Shown: positions 27,734-42,910 of the stretch, in pieces
How the letters are laid out: each line of letters opens with the position of its first letter
How positions within the stretch are numbered: the stretch's first letter is position 1
From: the human T2T-CHM13v2.0 reference genome, Homo sapiens
Length of the DNA: 64,000 bases
Direction: 5' to 3' (one strand)
Assembly: GCF_009914755.1 (NCBI RefSeq)
Contig: NC_060935.1
Program-made: the position numbers and the translations under genes
Notes under the pieces: model-generated
Told to the model about the DNA's origin: nothing
The model's database searches: none
What the model saw: the letters and a program-made list of their open reading frames with translations, nothing else

Positions 27734-28906
27734 TGAATGAGTGAATATGGGGAAATTACTGAGGAGGCTACTACGATAGTCAAGAAAGAAGGGAAGTTTG
27801 AACTAAGTATGGCTGTGGAATGTTAGGGAAAGGGAGGTATCAAGGATGACTGTCAGGTTTCCGACTTGCTGATGTCATTCACTGAGACAGGAAGACTAGA
27901 AAAGTACTAGGCTTGGCAGGGGAACAGGAGTTTGATTCTGGATGCATTTAAGGTGCTTCTGAGATACCCAAGGGATAATGTCAAGGGAGCAGTTGGTTTA
28001 GGGCAAAGGTGAGCAAATTATGGCCCATGAGCTAAATGGAAGCAAATGGATCTAGTGGAAAGGGAACAAACTAAAAACAACTAGCAACTGACCTTGCCGC
28101 TAGCTCTGGGTGTGACCAGATTGGCCTAAATCAATTATGACATCCAGTGGTCTTTTGGTAAACAGCTAAAAAAAATTTACAATGTCTTTTAAAACAAAGT
28201 TTTATTAGAACACAGCCATGTTCATTTGTTGATGTATTATCTGTGGCTGCATTTTTTGCAGAATTGAATAGTTGCCCCCAGAGACCATGTAGCCCACAAA
28301 GTCTAAAATACTCTCTGGCCCTTTACAGAAAATGTTTGTCAACCCTTGGTTTAGAACAAAGAGATATGGGTTACAATTTAAGATTAGAATCTCTTTAGTT
28401 TCCCTCCAACCAACTCCACCACTGACTGTGTTACACATACACACACACATACTCACTCTATCTCTGTCTCCCCACATCTCTGACAGTATGTATCAAATAT
28501 CTAATGCTATTCTTTTCTTAACCATTCTTTAAACACTGGTGTTCCTCAGAGCTCCAGCCTGAATATACAGTCATTCAACATGTTTTCCTTGGACAATCCT
28601 ATTCACTTGTAGATTTAACAACCACTAACAGGATAATGATTTCCCAATCTATATTACTAGCCATGATCTGCCTCTGAGTGTTCAAGTGTTACCGGATATA
28701 CTCTCTTGAATATCACCCCCACAGGACCTCAAATCGAATGCGGTAAACATTTGTTTGTTGCCAGCTCAACATCCATTTCCCCTGATCTCCTAATAATACC
28801 CTTTTTTTTTTTTGATACCTACCTTTTCCCACACAGCCTATGAGCTAGGAGGAAATGACACTATCAGTCAGGATCCAGGCAGGCAATGGAAGGCACAATC
28901 AGCTGA

Positions 28907-29258
<352 letters not shown>

Positions 29259-29980
29259 CCACTTTTCAAAGGGACTTTTCCCAAGGTTAAGGAAGCTGAC
29301 AGCAGCACAAAGCTTTTACCATCCCCAGGTCTGAAGGGCAAAGGGAGGAAATGGTGTTACTAGTCCTGGTAAGAGTGGGAGCTGTGGGCAACCTGACAGG
29401 GGCTGTTGTTAGAGGGATACAGGTACTACAGATCATGGCACCAAGAGAGGGAGGGAGCAGGAAATAAATATCCTGATCTCTCTCCTGCCCTCCAATCTCC
29501 TGCCAATGCCTCCCGTTGGCCAAATATAACTGGAAACCAGAGGAAGAGAGCCTGAATGATGTACTTTATACAGTTAGCTTTCCAAAGAGTAGAGTAGAGA
29601 AAAGAATGAGTCTGGTGGGAGGGGAGAAAACTAAAAGTAAACAGCAACTGACTTTACTGCCAGCTGAGGCTGACTCAGATTTACCTAAACCAATCATTAC
29701 ATCTAGTGGTGTCCTGGTAAACAGCAGAACATTTTTACAAAAAATAAAAGGTCCACATACATAGGGTTGGACAATTTCTGTGGTGCAAATACTCCTACCA
29801 TGGTCAATTTCAAGCTACACAGGTTAAGTCCCTAATGCTGACATAGGAAGAGGTGTATTAATACTTAATTGGCTTTTGAGAGCCAATCACATCCTCCCAA
29901 TCATAAAGATAGGTCAATATGTGATCTAAGCTAATCCAATCAAAGCGAGTTTCAGAAAACCTGCTTGGAAAGTTATTTAA

Positions 29981-30184
<204 letters not shown>

Positions 30185-30438
30185 TAACAAACTTATTCCT
30201 CTTTCAAGATTTAACTTCATCTCCAGGAAATCTTTCCTTTATTCTCATGCCAGATCAAAGCATCTCTCTCCATCCTCATGGTTTCTAATGCATTTCCCTC
30301 TTAGTATCAGACTCTAAAATCATCTGTTGACTTATGTCTTCTCCAATAGATCCTGATCCCACCAAAACAGAGCCTAGCATATTGTGGATGTTTAGTATAG
30401 TAATATTTATTCAACTAGACCAAACCAACAGTTTCCTC

Positions 30439-30682
30439 TTTTTTTTTTTTTTTTTTTTTTTTGAGATGGAGTCTCACTCTGTTGCCCAGGCTGCAGTGCA
30501 GTGGCGCGATCTTGGCTCACTGCATCCTCCACCTCCCGGGTTCAAATGATTCTTCTGTATTTTTAGTAGAGACAGGGTTTCACCATATTGGCCAGGATGG
30601 TCTTGAACTCCTGACCTCGTGATCCACCCGCCTCGGCCTCCCAAAGTGCTGGGATTACAGGCGTGAGCCACCGCGCCCAGCC
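30439..30682 (-). mobile_element. Alu with internal deletion
   Basis: Antisense Alu lacking the segment between gattcttc and tgtattttt; flanking cagtttcct. Confidence 0.88.
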
Positions 30683-31003
30683 CAGTTTCCTTTTTATAAA
30701 ACAAAAATTATTACAAAATAAGCATTCAAATTACACATTCTGGTTACTAAATTATAGTAAATTTTGGTTACTAAACCAAATTCTGTTTGCTAAATTATAG
30801 TAAGTACGCCATCAATAAACCCACCTACCTACCAATTTTTTCCTTGTTAATATATCTGAACTCCATATTTATGAGCATGATTTTGCCAAAAAGTTATAAA
30901 CATTTAAAGTCATTTTGTTGAAATCTAAATACTGGATATGTGGGGTCTTAATTGTATAGTTAAAGAAAAATAAGAAAAGTAATAGTTTATCCATGGATGA
31001 ACT

Positions 31004-31407
31004 AAAATTCAGGGCTGGTGAAAAAAAAAATTCTAAATGACGATAATTTTGTACAGTCTTATATAAAACTCTGAGAACTAGAAGAAATTATTAACTTTTT
31101 TCTTTTTCTTGATTTTTTTTGGTTCTAATTCACTTGTTTATTTTGGGGGAGGAAGACTTTGGTATGGAGCAAAGAAATACCAAAACTACTTTAAATGGAA
31201 TAAAACCAACTTTATTCTTTTTTTCCCCTGTACTGGTAGATAAAGCAAACTTTATAAGTGGGCTATTGAAAGAAAAGTGCCTTTTAAAAGTGTTTAGTTT
31301 CCCAGTGTCCTTCCAAGCTTAAGATACAGAAGCATTTGTTCAAAGGATAGAAAACATCTAAAAGTTTAGGCTCAAGATCAATCTTTACAGACTAATATTT
31401 TCGGTTT
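31004..31407 (+). repeat. Inverted duplicate of MPZL2 3'UTR segment 36330-36690
   Basis: Reverse complement matches over the whole length with long identical runs (e.g. ttctaattcacttgtttattttgggggaggaagactttggtatggagcaaagaaataccaaaactac). Confidence 0.95.
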
Positions 31408-31498
31408 GTTTTTTGTTTGTTTGTTTGTTTTTTGAGACAGAGTCTCACTCTGTCACCCAGGCTGGAGTGCAGTGGCGTGATCTTGGCTCACTGCATCC
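31408..31498 (-). mobile_element. Alu right-arm 3' fragment
   Basis: (tttg)n tail plus gagacagagtctcactctgtcacccaggctggagtgcagtgg...cactgc. Confidence 0.9.
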
Positions 31499-32279
31499 AT
31501 GGATGAACTAAACTATTCTATACTGTTAGACATCAGGGTGTTGACTCCTTTTTGGGGAGAAAGGATAATGACTGGAAAGAAGCACAAAAGAAGGCTTTTG
31601 GAATGCAAGGAACAGTTTATATATCCTGATTTGGGTGCTAGTTACCCATGTGTGTTCAGTTTCTTAAAATTCATTGAGCTGTATAGGCTTATGACATGTG
31701 TACTTTTCTCTACATATATATACTGAAATTAAAAAATGTTTTAAAACCAATGGATGTAAGATAGTTTGTCTCTTCCACTCATAAAAAAAATACCAATCCA
31801 ACATTAATTCACTCAGAAATGTCCATCCCAGGCCTAATGCCTTTATCTCTTCATCTGAGCAGAAAAGCATTCTTGCCAGGTAAAAACAGCCAACTATAGA
31901 AATACTCATAATAATTAACAAAAACTTTTTAGTCTGGGGAAAAAACAAGAAAATCACATTTTCACATAAGTAATTTTACACATGAAAGAATTAAATGTGT
32001 CAATAAAGTCCCCAATCTTGTATCCCCCATTTTCTAAAATACAAATCTACTGATATTTTATTCATATTGCACACCTAAGTAAAAGAGAGAAAAGTTTAAG
32101 AAACCTAGGTCCCCTAGTCTACCATTTCTAAATACTTAGATAACTGATATAGCAGGACCAGACTTATAACTTAAGGAGAATTCAAATAATCTAATAATTT
32201 AAGTGGTCTTATCTTTGAAAACAAAAGGCAAATAAACACTGACATGAAACCAAACTCAACCACATAAGATTTAAAACAC

Positions 32280-33249
<970 letters not shown>

Positions 33250-33439
33250 CCAGTTATTTTTTAAAAGGCAAAAAATCTATTCCACAAGTACATAGAGATT
33301 GTAAAATCAACTTTAAATGTTTGATTGAATTATATGGTCTGCTGGACTTGACAGATGCTCTTCAAAGCAAAATGACATTAGATTTAAGAAAACACCATTT
33401 CCAGATTTTTTTTCTCAATAAGACAATATTTGAATATTT

Positions 33440-33442
<3 letters not shown>

Positions 33443-33480
<38 letters not shown>

Positions 33481-33491
33481 GAGAGAGAGAG
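33443..33491. repeat. (TG)n(GA)n microsatellite
   Basis: Visible directly. Confidence 0.95.
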
Positions 33492-34399
33492 GACTGGGTT
33501 TATTAGGAGTGACAGTAGGCCAGCCTAAATATCATACTGCAAAGTAATTTAGCTTAAAAACTGGAGACTTATGATGACACAGGCAGCTGGGAGGGATCGG
33601 GGGTGTGCTGGCAACATGAATATTAGTCACCAGTTAAAAACTTTCCAGCCTTAACTGCTAAGATTTAGGACATCTGAAGTCTTTATATTAAAGTCTTTAT
33701 ATTTATATAATATTAAATATCTCTTTCAGAAATCCCCATTACCCTCAAGGAAATTTTATAAATTTAGCAATTCACTCTAATACTAGATATACTAATATTT
33801 TATTTCCCAGGAAGACACACATACACAAAATCCAGGAAATAATTGTACCTTAAGATGAAGGTAATTAGGCTGGATTGAAATTTATGCAATTTGAAAATTA
33901 TATGAAAGCAAAACTCACCTAATTTTAAGATGTGAATGTCAGTGTGAATACCCTACTTCTGATATTACTTAATAAATTTTAACAGAATTTATATGCTCTT
34001 TCTTGTATTAAAAAAAGTTATGAAAATGCTAAAGCAGTTACTTTTTCATCGATATGCTTCTCTATAACGAATCACATCACATCCCTTCTGTGACTAGCAA
34101 ATATTTCATTTTATAGACTACAATAATCACCTACAAAAAATAAAATTACCAACTGTCATGATTTTGTTTCCCAAAACTACTGGGGCAAACTACTGAATGC
34201 TAGAACTGTTTTCTTTCTAATCAGGGTATACAGCGCCCAAACGACAGCGGTCAACCACTGATAATAACACCACAAAATAACACCGGGTGCCCCCAAAGCC
34301 AGAGCTCTTTGTGGTTCCATCAAGTATGCTATCACCAAACTACAATGACAGGTCACGCAAGGTGAAAAAGCTCCCAAGGCTCAGGAAAGGACTGACAAA

Positions 34400-34800
34400 A
34401 TACCAACTATCCTCAACGGGGTGGTGATGACATCGTCCCAACGTCCCGCTCCCTCCCTCCTTCCTTCCCAGAGCTATGCGGGGGCTTTCTGGAGACCCCC
34501 CTACCCGGAACCGGAAAAGCGACCATCTTCCCTAACCCCCCGGCCGGAAGTGGAGCGTAGCCAGCCGGAGCACTCACCCTGGAAGAACAGGACGCCCAGC
34601 AGAGGGAAGAGAGCGCAGCCACGGCTTCCAGCTGCTCCTCTCTGCTGCATCCCGGCAGCTCTTCAGATGCTTGCACACCTTGTTTACAGCTCCCGGTAAC
34701 GACACAGGTAACACCGGAAGTGACGTCAGAGCAGGAGGCCGAGAGACAACTTAAATGGCGATCCGAAGTTACCATAGGAACCTGGCTTCTTTCCAGAACC
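34400..34800 (-). promoter_or_regulatory. MPZL3: MPZL3 CpG-rich promoter
   Basis: CpG enrichment; CCGGAAGTGACGTCA (34714-34728); YY1-like aaatggcg (34753-34760); X-box-like gttaccataggaac (34768-34781). Confidence 0.8.
34578..34650 (-). CDS. MPZL3: MPZL3 exon 1 coding part (signal peptide MQQRGAAGSRGCALFPLLGVLFFQG)
   Basis: ATG at 34650-34648; donor GTGAGT at 34572-34577; 73 nt, phase 1. Confidence 0.96.
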
Positions 34801-35774
34801 ACACCTGGTTTCACTGACCAGAGATTTATTAACTTTCAGGCGGGAGCTAAATGCTCTCTTTTGCTTGAAAATGAAGTAGGCTACGGACTTGGAATAATTA
34901 CAATTTTGTTTTTATGGAATTCTGCAGAACTAAATAATTTTGATGCTCTGACTGCATGTCAGACATCGTTTTTACGTCTCGAGATTTAGTTGAAGGTTCT
35001 CAGAATACACTACTGTAAATTTAGAGTTCAGAAACACCTGGGAGATCATACAGTATAGATAAATATATATTAGGTGCTTGTAGTGATATGTGCCACAAGC
35101 CTCATTGGTTGGTGTCCTTTTTAGTGTAGGTATTGCAGCCTCCAAAATTGGGTGTTTGTTAAATTACTTTTGGCGGTGGCAATGATGATCAAATCATTAC
35201 AGCCTGTATTAGAGGAAAAGAGGAACTGGGATTTCTGTGTCTTTGGTTGGAAAAGTAAGAAAGTTATGTTATCACAGTACTTGAAGTGAGATGGCGTCAC
35301 ATACTTCTGAAAAAGAGATGGTACAATAAGTACACTGCTTTAATAATCAGTAAGCCTCTTCCCTGGAAATTGCCACATGTCAATGAAAGCAGGAGGAGAA
35401 TAAAAGTATGCTTTCGCTTTGGGGAAGAATTAATAAGTTTCCATTTTTCAATTTCCATTCCTTTACTAGACTTGAAAGCCAGTAGTTTTCCCTATTAAAA
35501 GTGTAATGCAAAGTACTAAATAGAATCTTTGATACTTTTCTTTGAAAGAGCCCTCAAACTAAGTAGTGTTGTTATGCCCAATTCCCAGCTATCCAAAACA
35601 GTGTGAAAATTCTGTGGAAATCCGTATACTTCTGTTTACCCATTAGAAACTAACTGTATCCATTATTGACTTGCAGGTTGTCTCTACTAAGAAAACTTTT
35701 TGGTAAAGATTAAATATATATCCATCTGTTTTCCCTGCAATGTAGAACTTCTAGATATGTATATACACAAATTA

Positions 35775-37589
35775 TATAACTGATAATTCTTTATTACTAA
35801 AGGTTTATTTACATAGTGTTTAAAGCATAATAAAAAATAAATTACAATACAAAAGTGCTCTTTAGGAAGGAGACACTAAACAACAGGCCCATATTACCCC
35901 TTGACTATTTAGCCAAGACATAAGCTACAAATTTTGCCGGAAAAACTGTCCATACATTTTTAACTACTTCTTCATTATTCTTATGGACCATCATCCAGGA
36001 CATCTGTTTGAAGAAATATCCAGTTATAATATTTTCAAAGGTTAGAATTGTGAAGAAAAAATATAAAATGTGATTAAAGGATATATAGCCTTCAGATGTA
36101 ATTTACAGTTTTAAAATTGCACTTTAAAACTTTGCTTTTTTAGACAGTATAAAAGGCAGAATGAGACAGATATGTAATGAATTTCAGAACTGAGGTTCAT
36201 ATGTAAATCATACAATTTTTTAAAAAATAGTATTGGAAAAATATCAAGGTCTATACATTTAAATACAGATAATCTGTTTGAAAATTCCAGTTTGTTAAAA
36301 GAAAAAACATCTGCAGTCCAGTCGATTAAAAACTGAAAATATCAATCTGTAAAGATTGATCTTGAGCCTAAACTTTTAGATGCTTTCTATCCTTTGAACA
36401 AATGCTTCTGTATCTTAAGCTTGTAACTTTTCTTTCAATAGCCCACTTATAAAGTTTGCTTTATCTACCAGTATGGGGGAAAAAAAGAATAAAGTTGGTT
36501 TTATTCCATTTAAAGTAGTTTTGGTATTTCTTTGCTCCATACCAAAGTCTTCCTCCCCCAAAATAAACAAGTGAATTAGAATTAAAAAAGAAAAAAAGTT
36601 AATAATTTCTTCTAGTTCTCAGAGTTTTATATAAAACTGTACAAAATTATCATCATTTAGAGTTGATTTTTTTCACCAGCCCTGAATTTTCAAACTTGTA
36701 ATATGCTGTTTCACAATCTTTTTATTAAATTACTTAATGATTCCAGTCTGCAAATGAGCATAGACTTTGCTCTGTTGTTATAGATCATTGAATTGGGGGG
36801 GAAACATAGTAAGCTAAACTATCCGTCACTGCTCATGAAAGACCCACATTGTTGATTATTTTTCCCAGCACAGAAGAAAAGTGACAAGTGATTCATCCTG
36901 CAATGGCCTCTGCCAATCTTTTCATATCTATGTAACCTTTTGTAGTTACTGTGTGATTTAGCGTTGTGCTATTGTAAATCTTGGATTAATTAACAAAACA
37001 ACAAAAATCTATCACCTGGAATATTGAAAGAAATTCAGTAAAACAAGATGTGTCTCATAGTTAAGGAGAGACATAAAAATAAAAATGTCATTTAACAGTT
37101 TGAATTTAGGATTTACTGTTAATCAGAAACACCGAGGAGGCTTAGCTCACCTTTTAATTGAGAATGTGGGAAGGAAAGAGAGTAAACACATTAACTTTAG
37201 TAGCAGAAGTGCTGCTAAAAGAAATACGTGAAAGGAAATGTAACAGACAAATTGGCTTTTATCCCCTTTGATACCAATATATGTGTATACAAGTCATAAC
37301 ACTGTAAGTAGTATCTTAAGGGCAAAAATGTAGCTTCTTGTTTATAAAACCTAATGAGCACTTGAAAAAATTTACACTCTGAAATTAAATAAGACCTTAA
37401 TAATGAGGCTGTGTATGACTGGTGATATGGAGGAGCACTGTGCTGGCTCCAGAGGGGTGTTGCTTGTCTAGAATCTAATATGCTGCAGAACTGGTTGGAA
37501 AACGGGTCACAACTGGAAAAGCCAAAGAAAAGTTTCCATTAACTTCAAGAAATACTAGGGTTCTTGTTCTTGGAAATCATCTCAGCTTC
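35775..37589 (-). other. MPZL2: MPZL2 terminal non-coding exon (3'UTR)
   Basis: Acceptor AG at 37590-37591 after a pyrimidine tract; AATAAA at 35790-35795 and 35804-35809; 3' end approximate. Confidence 0.8.
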
Positions 37590-38724
37590 CTAAAACACAA
37601 AACAAAAGTTTAAATGGATAATATATTTGAGAAGAGTACAATAGGAATACTTGGCATTATGAATTACATATATGTTATTAGAAGGAAAATATTCTGAGGG
37701 AAAGTATTCATATTCTCCCCCAATTTAATTTTTAAAAGAAGTTTCCTAATCCTTATTACATAATTTTCAGAGTTAGTATCCTTAAATCATGGCCTCTAAG
37801 TACCTTGCATGGACACTTGGATGACCCACAACTTGTTCACACACATACATCCCATATTCTCCCCACTTCTCACTCTCATTACAAACAAAATCAGACATAT
37901 AGAAAAGTAGAGAACAGAGTATGTGGAATTTACCCATCCCTTAAATTCATTAATTCATTCTTTTCTTTTCTTTTCTCCCCTCATCTCCCCCATCACCTAA
38001 TTCTGAAGCCTTTTTTGTTTTATTTGCTTTTTTTCATATGCTTTTAAAGTAAATTGCTGACATTTACCCCTAATACTCCAGTAAGAATTTTTCAAAATAG
38101 GTACATTTTCTTTATAACTACAATACCATCACTATACCTAATACAAACTAACAATAATTCCCTAATATTATCCATATATTTAACATTTTCATATTCAAGA
38201 CTTTCCCAATTGCCCCTCTAAGCTTGTTTTTACAACTAGCTTGTTCACACTATTATTCATCCAGTTGGGGATCACACATTGCACTTTGATTGTGTTCATC
38301 TCTTAAGTTTCTTTTGACCTAAAACATCTCCCATATTTATTTTCCATGACCCCAAGTTGTTAGATAATCCCCTTAACTTTAAAAAGACAATAGCCGTTGG
38401 TTGGTAAAAACTCCCTAATGTTAATTTTGGTTTTCTGGTTTTACAATACAATCATTTTACTCCATATTCTATTTTATAAATCCTTGAGGTCTTTCACTGG
38501 AGCTTAGCCTATAAAAATGTGACCCTCTTTGCAACTAATAACGGTTTGTAAAAAATGTTCTTCCGTGTAACAGAGCCAGAGTTTTACAGGATAAAGTCAT
38601 TAATATCAAGAACTTATGAGCGTAAAATTTAAGTTTGCATGTCCGGATTTATAACATCTAGAAATTAAATGTGTGGACCTATTTCAGAGAATGGGAGAAA
38701 TTCTGAGCATATGAAAAATAAATT

Positions 38725-39031
<307 letters not shown>

Positions 39032-39602
39032 CTACTTTTTAAGCCTGATGAACCTGAAAACTGGAAAAATAAAATTATACGCTACTAAAACTGGATTCAT
39101 TTCATGTAGTTATTAGTGCCAATAACTAAATGAGAGGAGTTGAAATCAATTCCAAATAGTACAAAAGCTCTCCTGTAAAAACTGCCAGATATGTCTATTG
39201 AGTCACTCTCTTAATACCATAATTGGTTTACAATTAAAAAAAAAGAATAAGCAGATACTAATCTTTTGATTTAAAAAAGATTTATTTACTTGTTGAATAT
39301 TTATTAGTAGTAGTAGTAATAAATATAACCCCGAAGCCACAAATAACCTTAGGATTCTCTCAGCTTTAATGGCAGTAGAGTCCAGCTTCTTAATCTTTTG
39401 CACAAAATACACTCAAGGAGGAGCTATCCATAAGACTAATAGAAGACTTTTGTCTCCCTGACCCAGCTCCTCTAATTTCATATGGGAAACACCTAACAGC
39501 CATAAAGTGATGATCTGGGAGTCCTCATTAGAGATGGGCTGGACATGTCAGAAAGCTGAAGAAAGAAATCAACCTATTTGTGAACCTTACCATCTAAAAT
39601 TG

Positions 39603-39666
39603 TTAGTCTGTGTCTTCTAAATAAACAGAGACCTTTTTCTCTTGGTTGAGCCTTTCCTCTTCTTTT
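39603..39666 (-). CDS. MPZL2: MPZL2 exon 5 coding part (KEEERLNQEKKVSVYLEDTD*); exon extends to 39591
   Basis: AG 39667-39668; TAA 39605-39603; donor GTAAGG 39585-39590; completes a 648-nt CDS (215 aa). Confidence 0.95.
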
Positions 39667-40082
39667 CTGTAACAAGCAGAAACCAAATGTCAGGTGAACA
39701 AGACAAGAAGCAAGTGGGTAAATCCCACAGAAGCTTCAGGTAAGGTATTTTTCCCCCATATTTTTGGAAGAATTACATGCACTTGGGAGTAGATTGAAGT
39801 TTACACAGAGCTAAACTGGTGCCATCTAATTAATAATATTCACACCTCTGAACTTAGAGACTTTTCAGAATGTAAGGGAATACAGTTTGGGTTCTGATTC
39901 GGGAACTCCAGAGTTTTAAAGCAGACACCTTATTTTACCATTAGTATCCCACCTCTAATTTATATTTGTTATTCAAAAAAAAAATAAAAAGTTTTGTGTT
40001 GACCTAAGTCATCTTTATTGGTTCTATTCAAACTAGAACCTCAGAGTTGGGTTTGTTAGGCTTCTTAAAATTAGTTCTGTTT

Positions 40083-40383
<301 letters not shown>

Positions 40384-40404
40384 TCATTAAATATTTATTA
40401 AGGA

Positions 40405-42010
40405 AATGAGATAAATGGTGCTGGAACAACTAGATATCCACATGCAAAAGAGTGAATTTGGACTTCTGCCTCAGCCATATACGAAAACGAACTCAAAGAT
40501 CTAAATGTAAAAATTAAGACTATAAAACTCTTAGAAGAAAACATAGCCATAAATCTTCATGATCTTGGGGATTAGGCAGTGGTTTTTTAGATGAGACACA
40601 AAAGCACTAGCAGCAAAAGAGAAAAAATAAACTGGACTTCATCAAAATTTAACTTTTGTTCTTCAAAGGACACTATGAAGAACATGAAAAGACAACCCAC
40701 AGAATGGGAAAAAAATTGCAAGTTGTATATCTGATAAGGAACTAGTATCCCTTAAATAACTCTTACAGTTCAACAAGAATAAGTGAAATAATGTACCCCA
40801 TATTAAAATGGGCAAACTCTGAATGTATGCATCTCCAAATAAGATATACAAATGGACAATAAGAACATGGGAAGATGCTCAACATCAAGTCATTAGAAAA
40901 ATGCAAATCAAAACCCCAATGAGATACCACTTCACATCCACTAGATGGCTTCATATAGTTTGGGTATTTGTCCCTGCCCAAATCTCATGTTGAATTGTAA
41001 TCTGCATTGCTAGAGGTGGGGCCTGGTGGAGGGTGTTTGGGTCATGGGAGCAGATCTCTCATGGCTTGGTGCTGTCTTCAATAGTGAGTGAGTTCTCACA
41101 AAATCTGGTCATATAAAACTATGTAGCACCTCCCCCCAACTCTCTCACTTTCTCCTGCTCTCACCATGCAAAATTCCTGCTCCCATTGTGCCTTCTGCCA
41201 TCGGTAAAAGCTCCCTGAGGCCTCCTCAGGAGCCAACCAACATCGGCGCCATGCTTGTACATCCACAGAACCGTGAGCCAATTAAATCTCTTTATAAATT
41301 ACCCAGTCTTAGGGTTTTTTTTATATAGCAACACAAGAACGGCCTAATACACGGTTATGATAAAAAAAAAAAAAAAAAAAGACAATGAGTGTTGAGGAGG
41401 ATGGGGAGAAATCAGAACCCTCATATATTGCTGACAGGAATGCAAAATAGTCCAGCTGTTTAAAGACAGTCTGGCAATTCCTCCAAAAACTAAACAGAGT
41501 TACCATAAGACCCAACAATTCCACTTTTAGGAGAATTAAAAACATATGATCTACACAAAAGCTTGTAAATGAATGTTTATAGCAGCATTAGTCACAACAG
41601 CCAACAAGCAGAAAAAACCTAAATGCCCATCAATTGAATGGACAAACAATATGTGGTATATTCATACAATGGAATATTATGCAGTCATAAAAAGGAAAGA
41701 AATACTAATACATCAACAAGGATGAGCCTTGAAAGCATTATGCTAAGTGAAAGAAGCTGGGCATAAAAGACCACATATTGTATGATTCTATTTAAATGAA
41801 ATGTCCAGAATAAGCAAATCCATAGAGACAGAAAGTAGACGAGTAGTTGTCGGGGGCTGGTAGGAGGGGATAATAGGGAGTGATAGCTAGGGATATGGGG
41901 TTTCTTTACGGGAGGGAGCTTAAAAACGTTCTGCAATTAGTGATGATTGCTGCACAACTTTGTGAAAATGAAAAAGGTAAATTTTATGGTGGGTAAATTT
42001 TATCTCAATT
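40405..42010 (+). mobile_element. L1MB-like 3' region with inserted MST/THE1-type MaLR LTR (~40950-41352)
   Basis: L1 ORF2-end and 3'UTR motifs on both sides; LTR motifs aaatctcatgttgaattgtaat...ataaattacccagtc...cctaataca. Confidence 0.85.
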
Positions 42011-42408
42011 TTAAAATACATTTAATGAACACCTGCTATCAGCACAACAGACTTTCCTAAGCCCTGACTCATAGTGGCCCTGCTGACTGCCTAGCCCAGT
42101 GGTTTTTACAAATGTATGCTTCACTTTAAACATAAGGGATTTTTTAGAAAAGCTTTACATAGCACATTTTTGTAAAATCAACCCCCCCACATAGTAAAGA
42201 AATCCCATAAGGAAATATTTTGTAAAATTAAGAAAGCTTTTGTAAAGTTACTAGTTCATACCTGATTTATCTGTCCTGCAAATGTGAATTCTTTTATATA
42301 GGATTTACTTAAAGGGAAAAACATCTGTTCAGCAACTATTTAGCCCACTGCAAAATACCAAGAGTCGCCATAAGAGTGTTAGAACTTTCCCAGAACTGCC
42401 CAGCCTTA

Positions 42409-42579
<171 letters not shown>

Positions 42580-42737
42580 TTAGGATTCTAAAAAGAAGAG
42601 GACTACAATGAAATCTAATGACATAATAGGGATGCATTTAATCAATAGATGGAATCTTCCTTTATCCTACCTTTATGCATAAAATAATACATTACCTTGT
42701 GAATCCTACTAGCAATAGGAAAACCATACACATACTT

Positions 42738-42910
42738 TAATGGTTCTCAAAGTGTGGTCTTCGAAGTAACAGCAACAATATCACTTGAGAACATGGAAAT
42801 CTTAGGCCCCACCCCAGACCTACTGAATTAGAAACACTAGAGGTGCGGCTGAGCAATCTGTGTTTTAACAGGTCCTCCAGGTGATTCTGATGCAGCTTTG
42901 AAAACCACTG
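42738..42910. mobile_element. MER5A-like MITE
   Basis: ggttctcaaagtgtggtc...ccccagacctactgaat...ttgaaaaccactg. Confidence 0.8.

Noticed and set aside
31004-31498. Processed pseudogene or Alu 3' transduction as the origin of the duplicate
   Set aside because: No terminal poly-A, no exon junctions, no Alu next to the source at 36330 and no canonical endonuclease site; disfavoured but not excluded.
34413-34814. 133-aa minus-strand ORF over MPZL3 exon 1
   Set aside because: Different frame from the real CDS and runs through the donor; GC-rich chance ORF.
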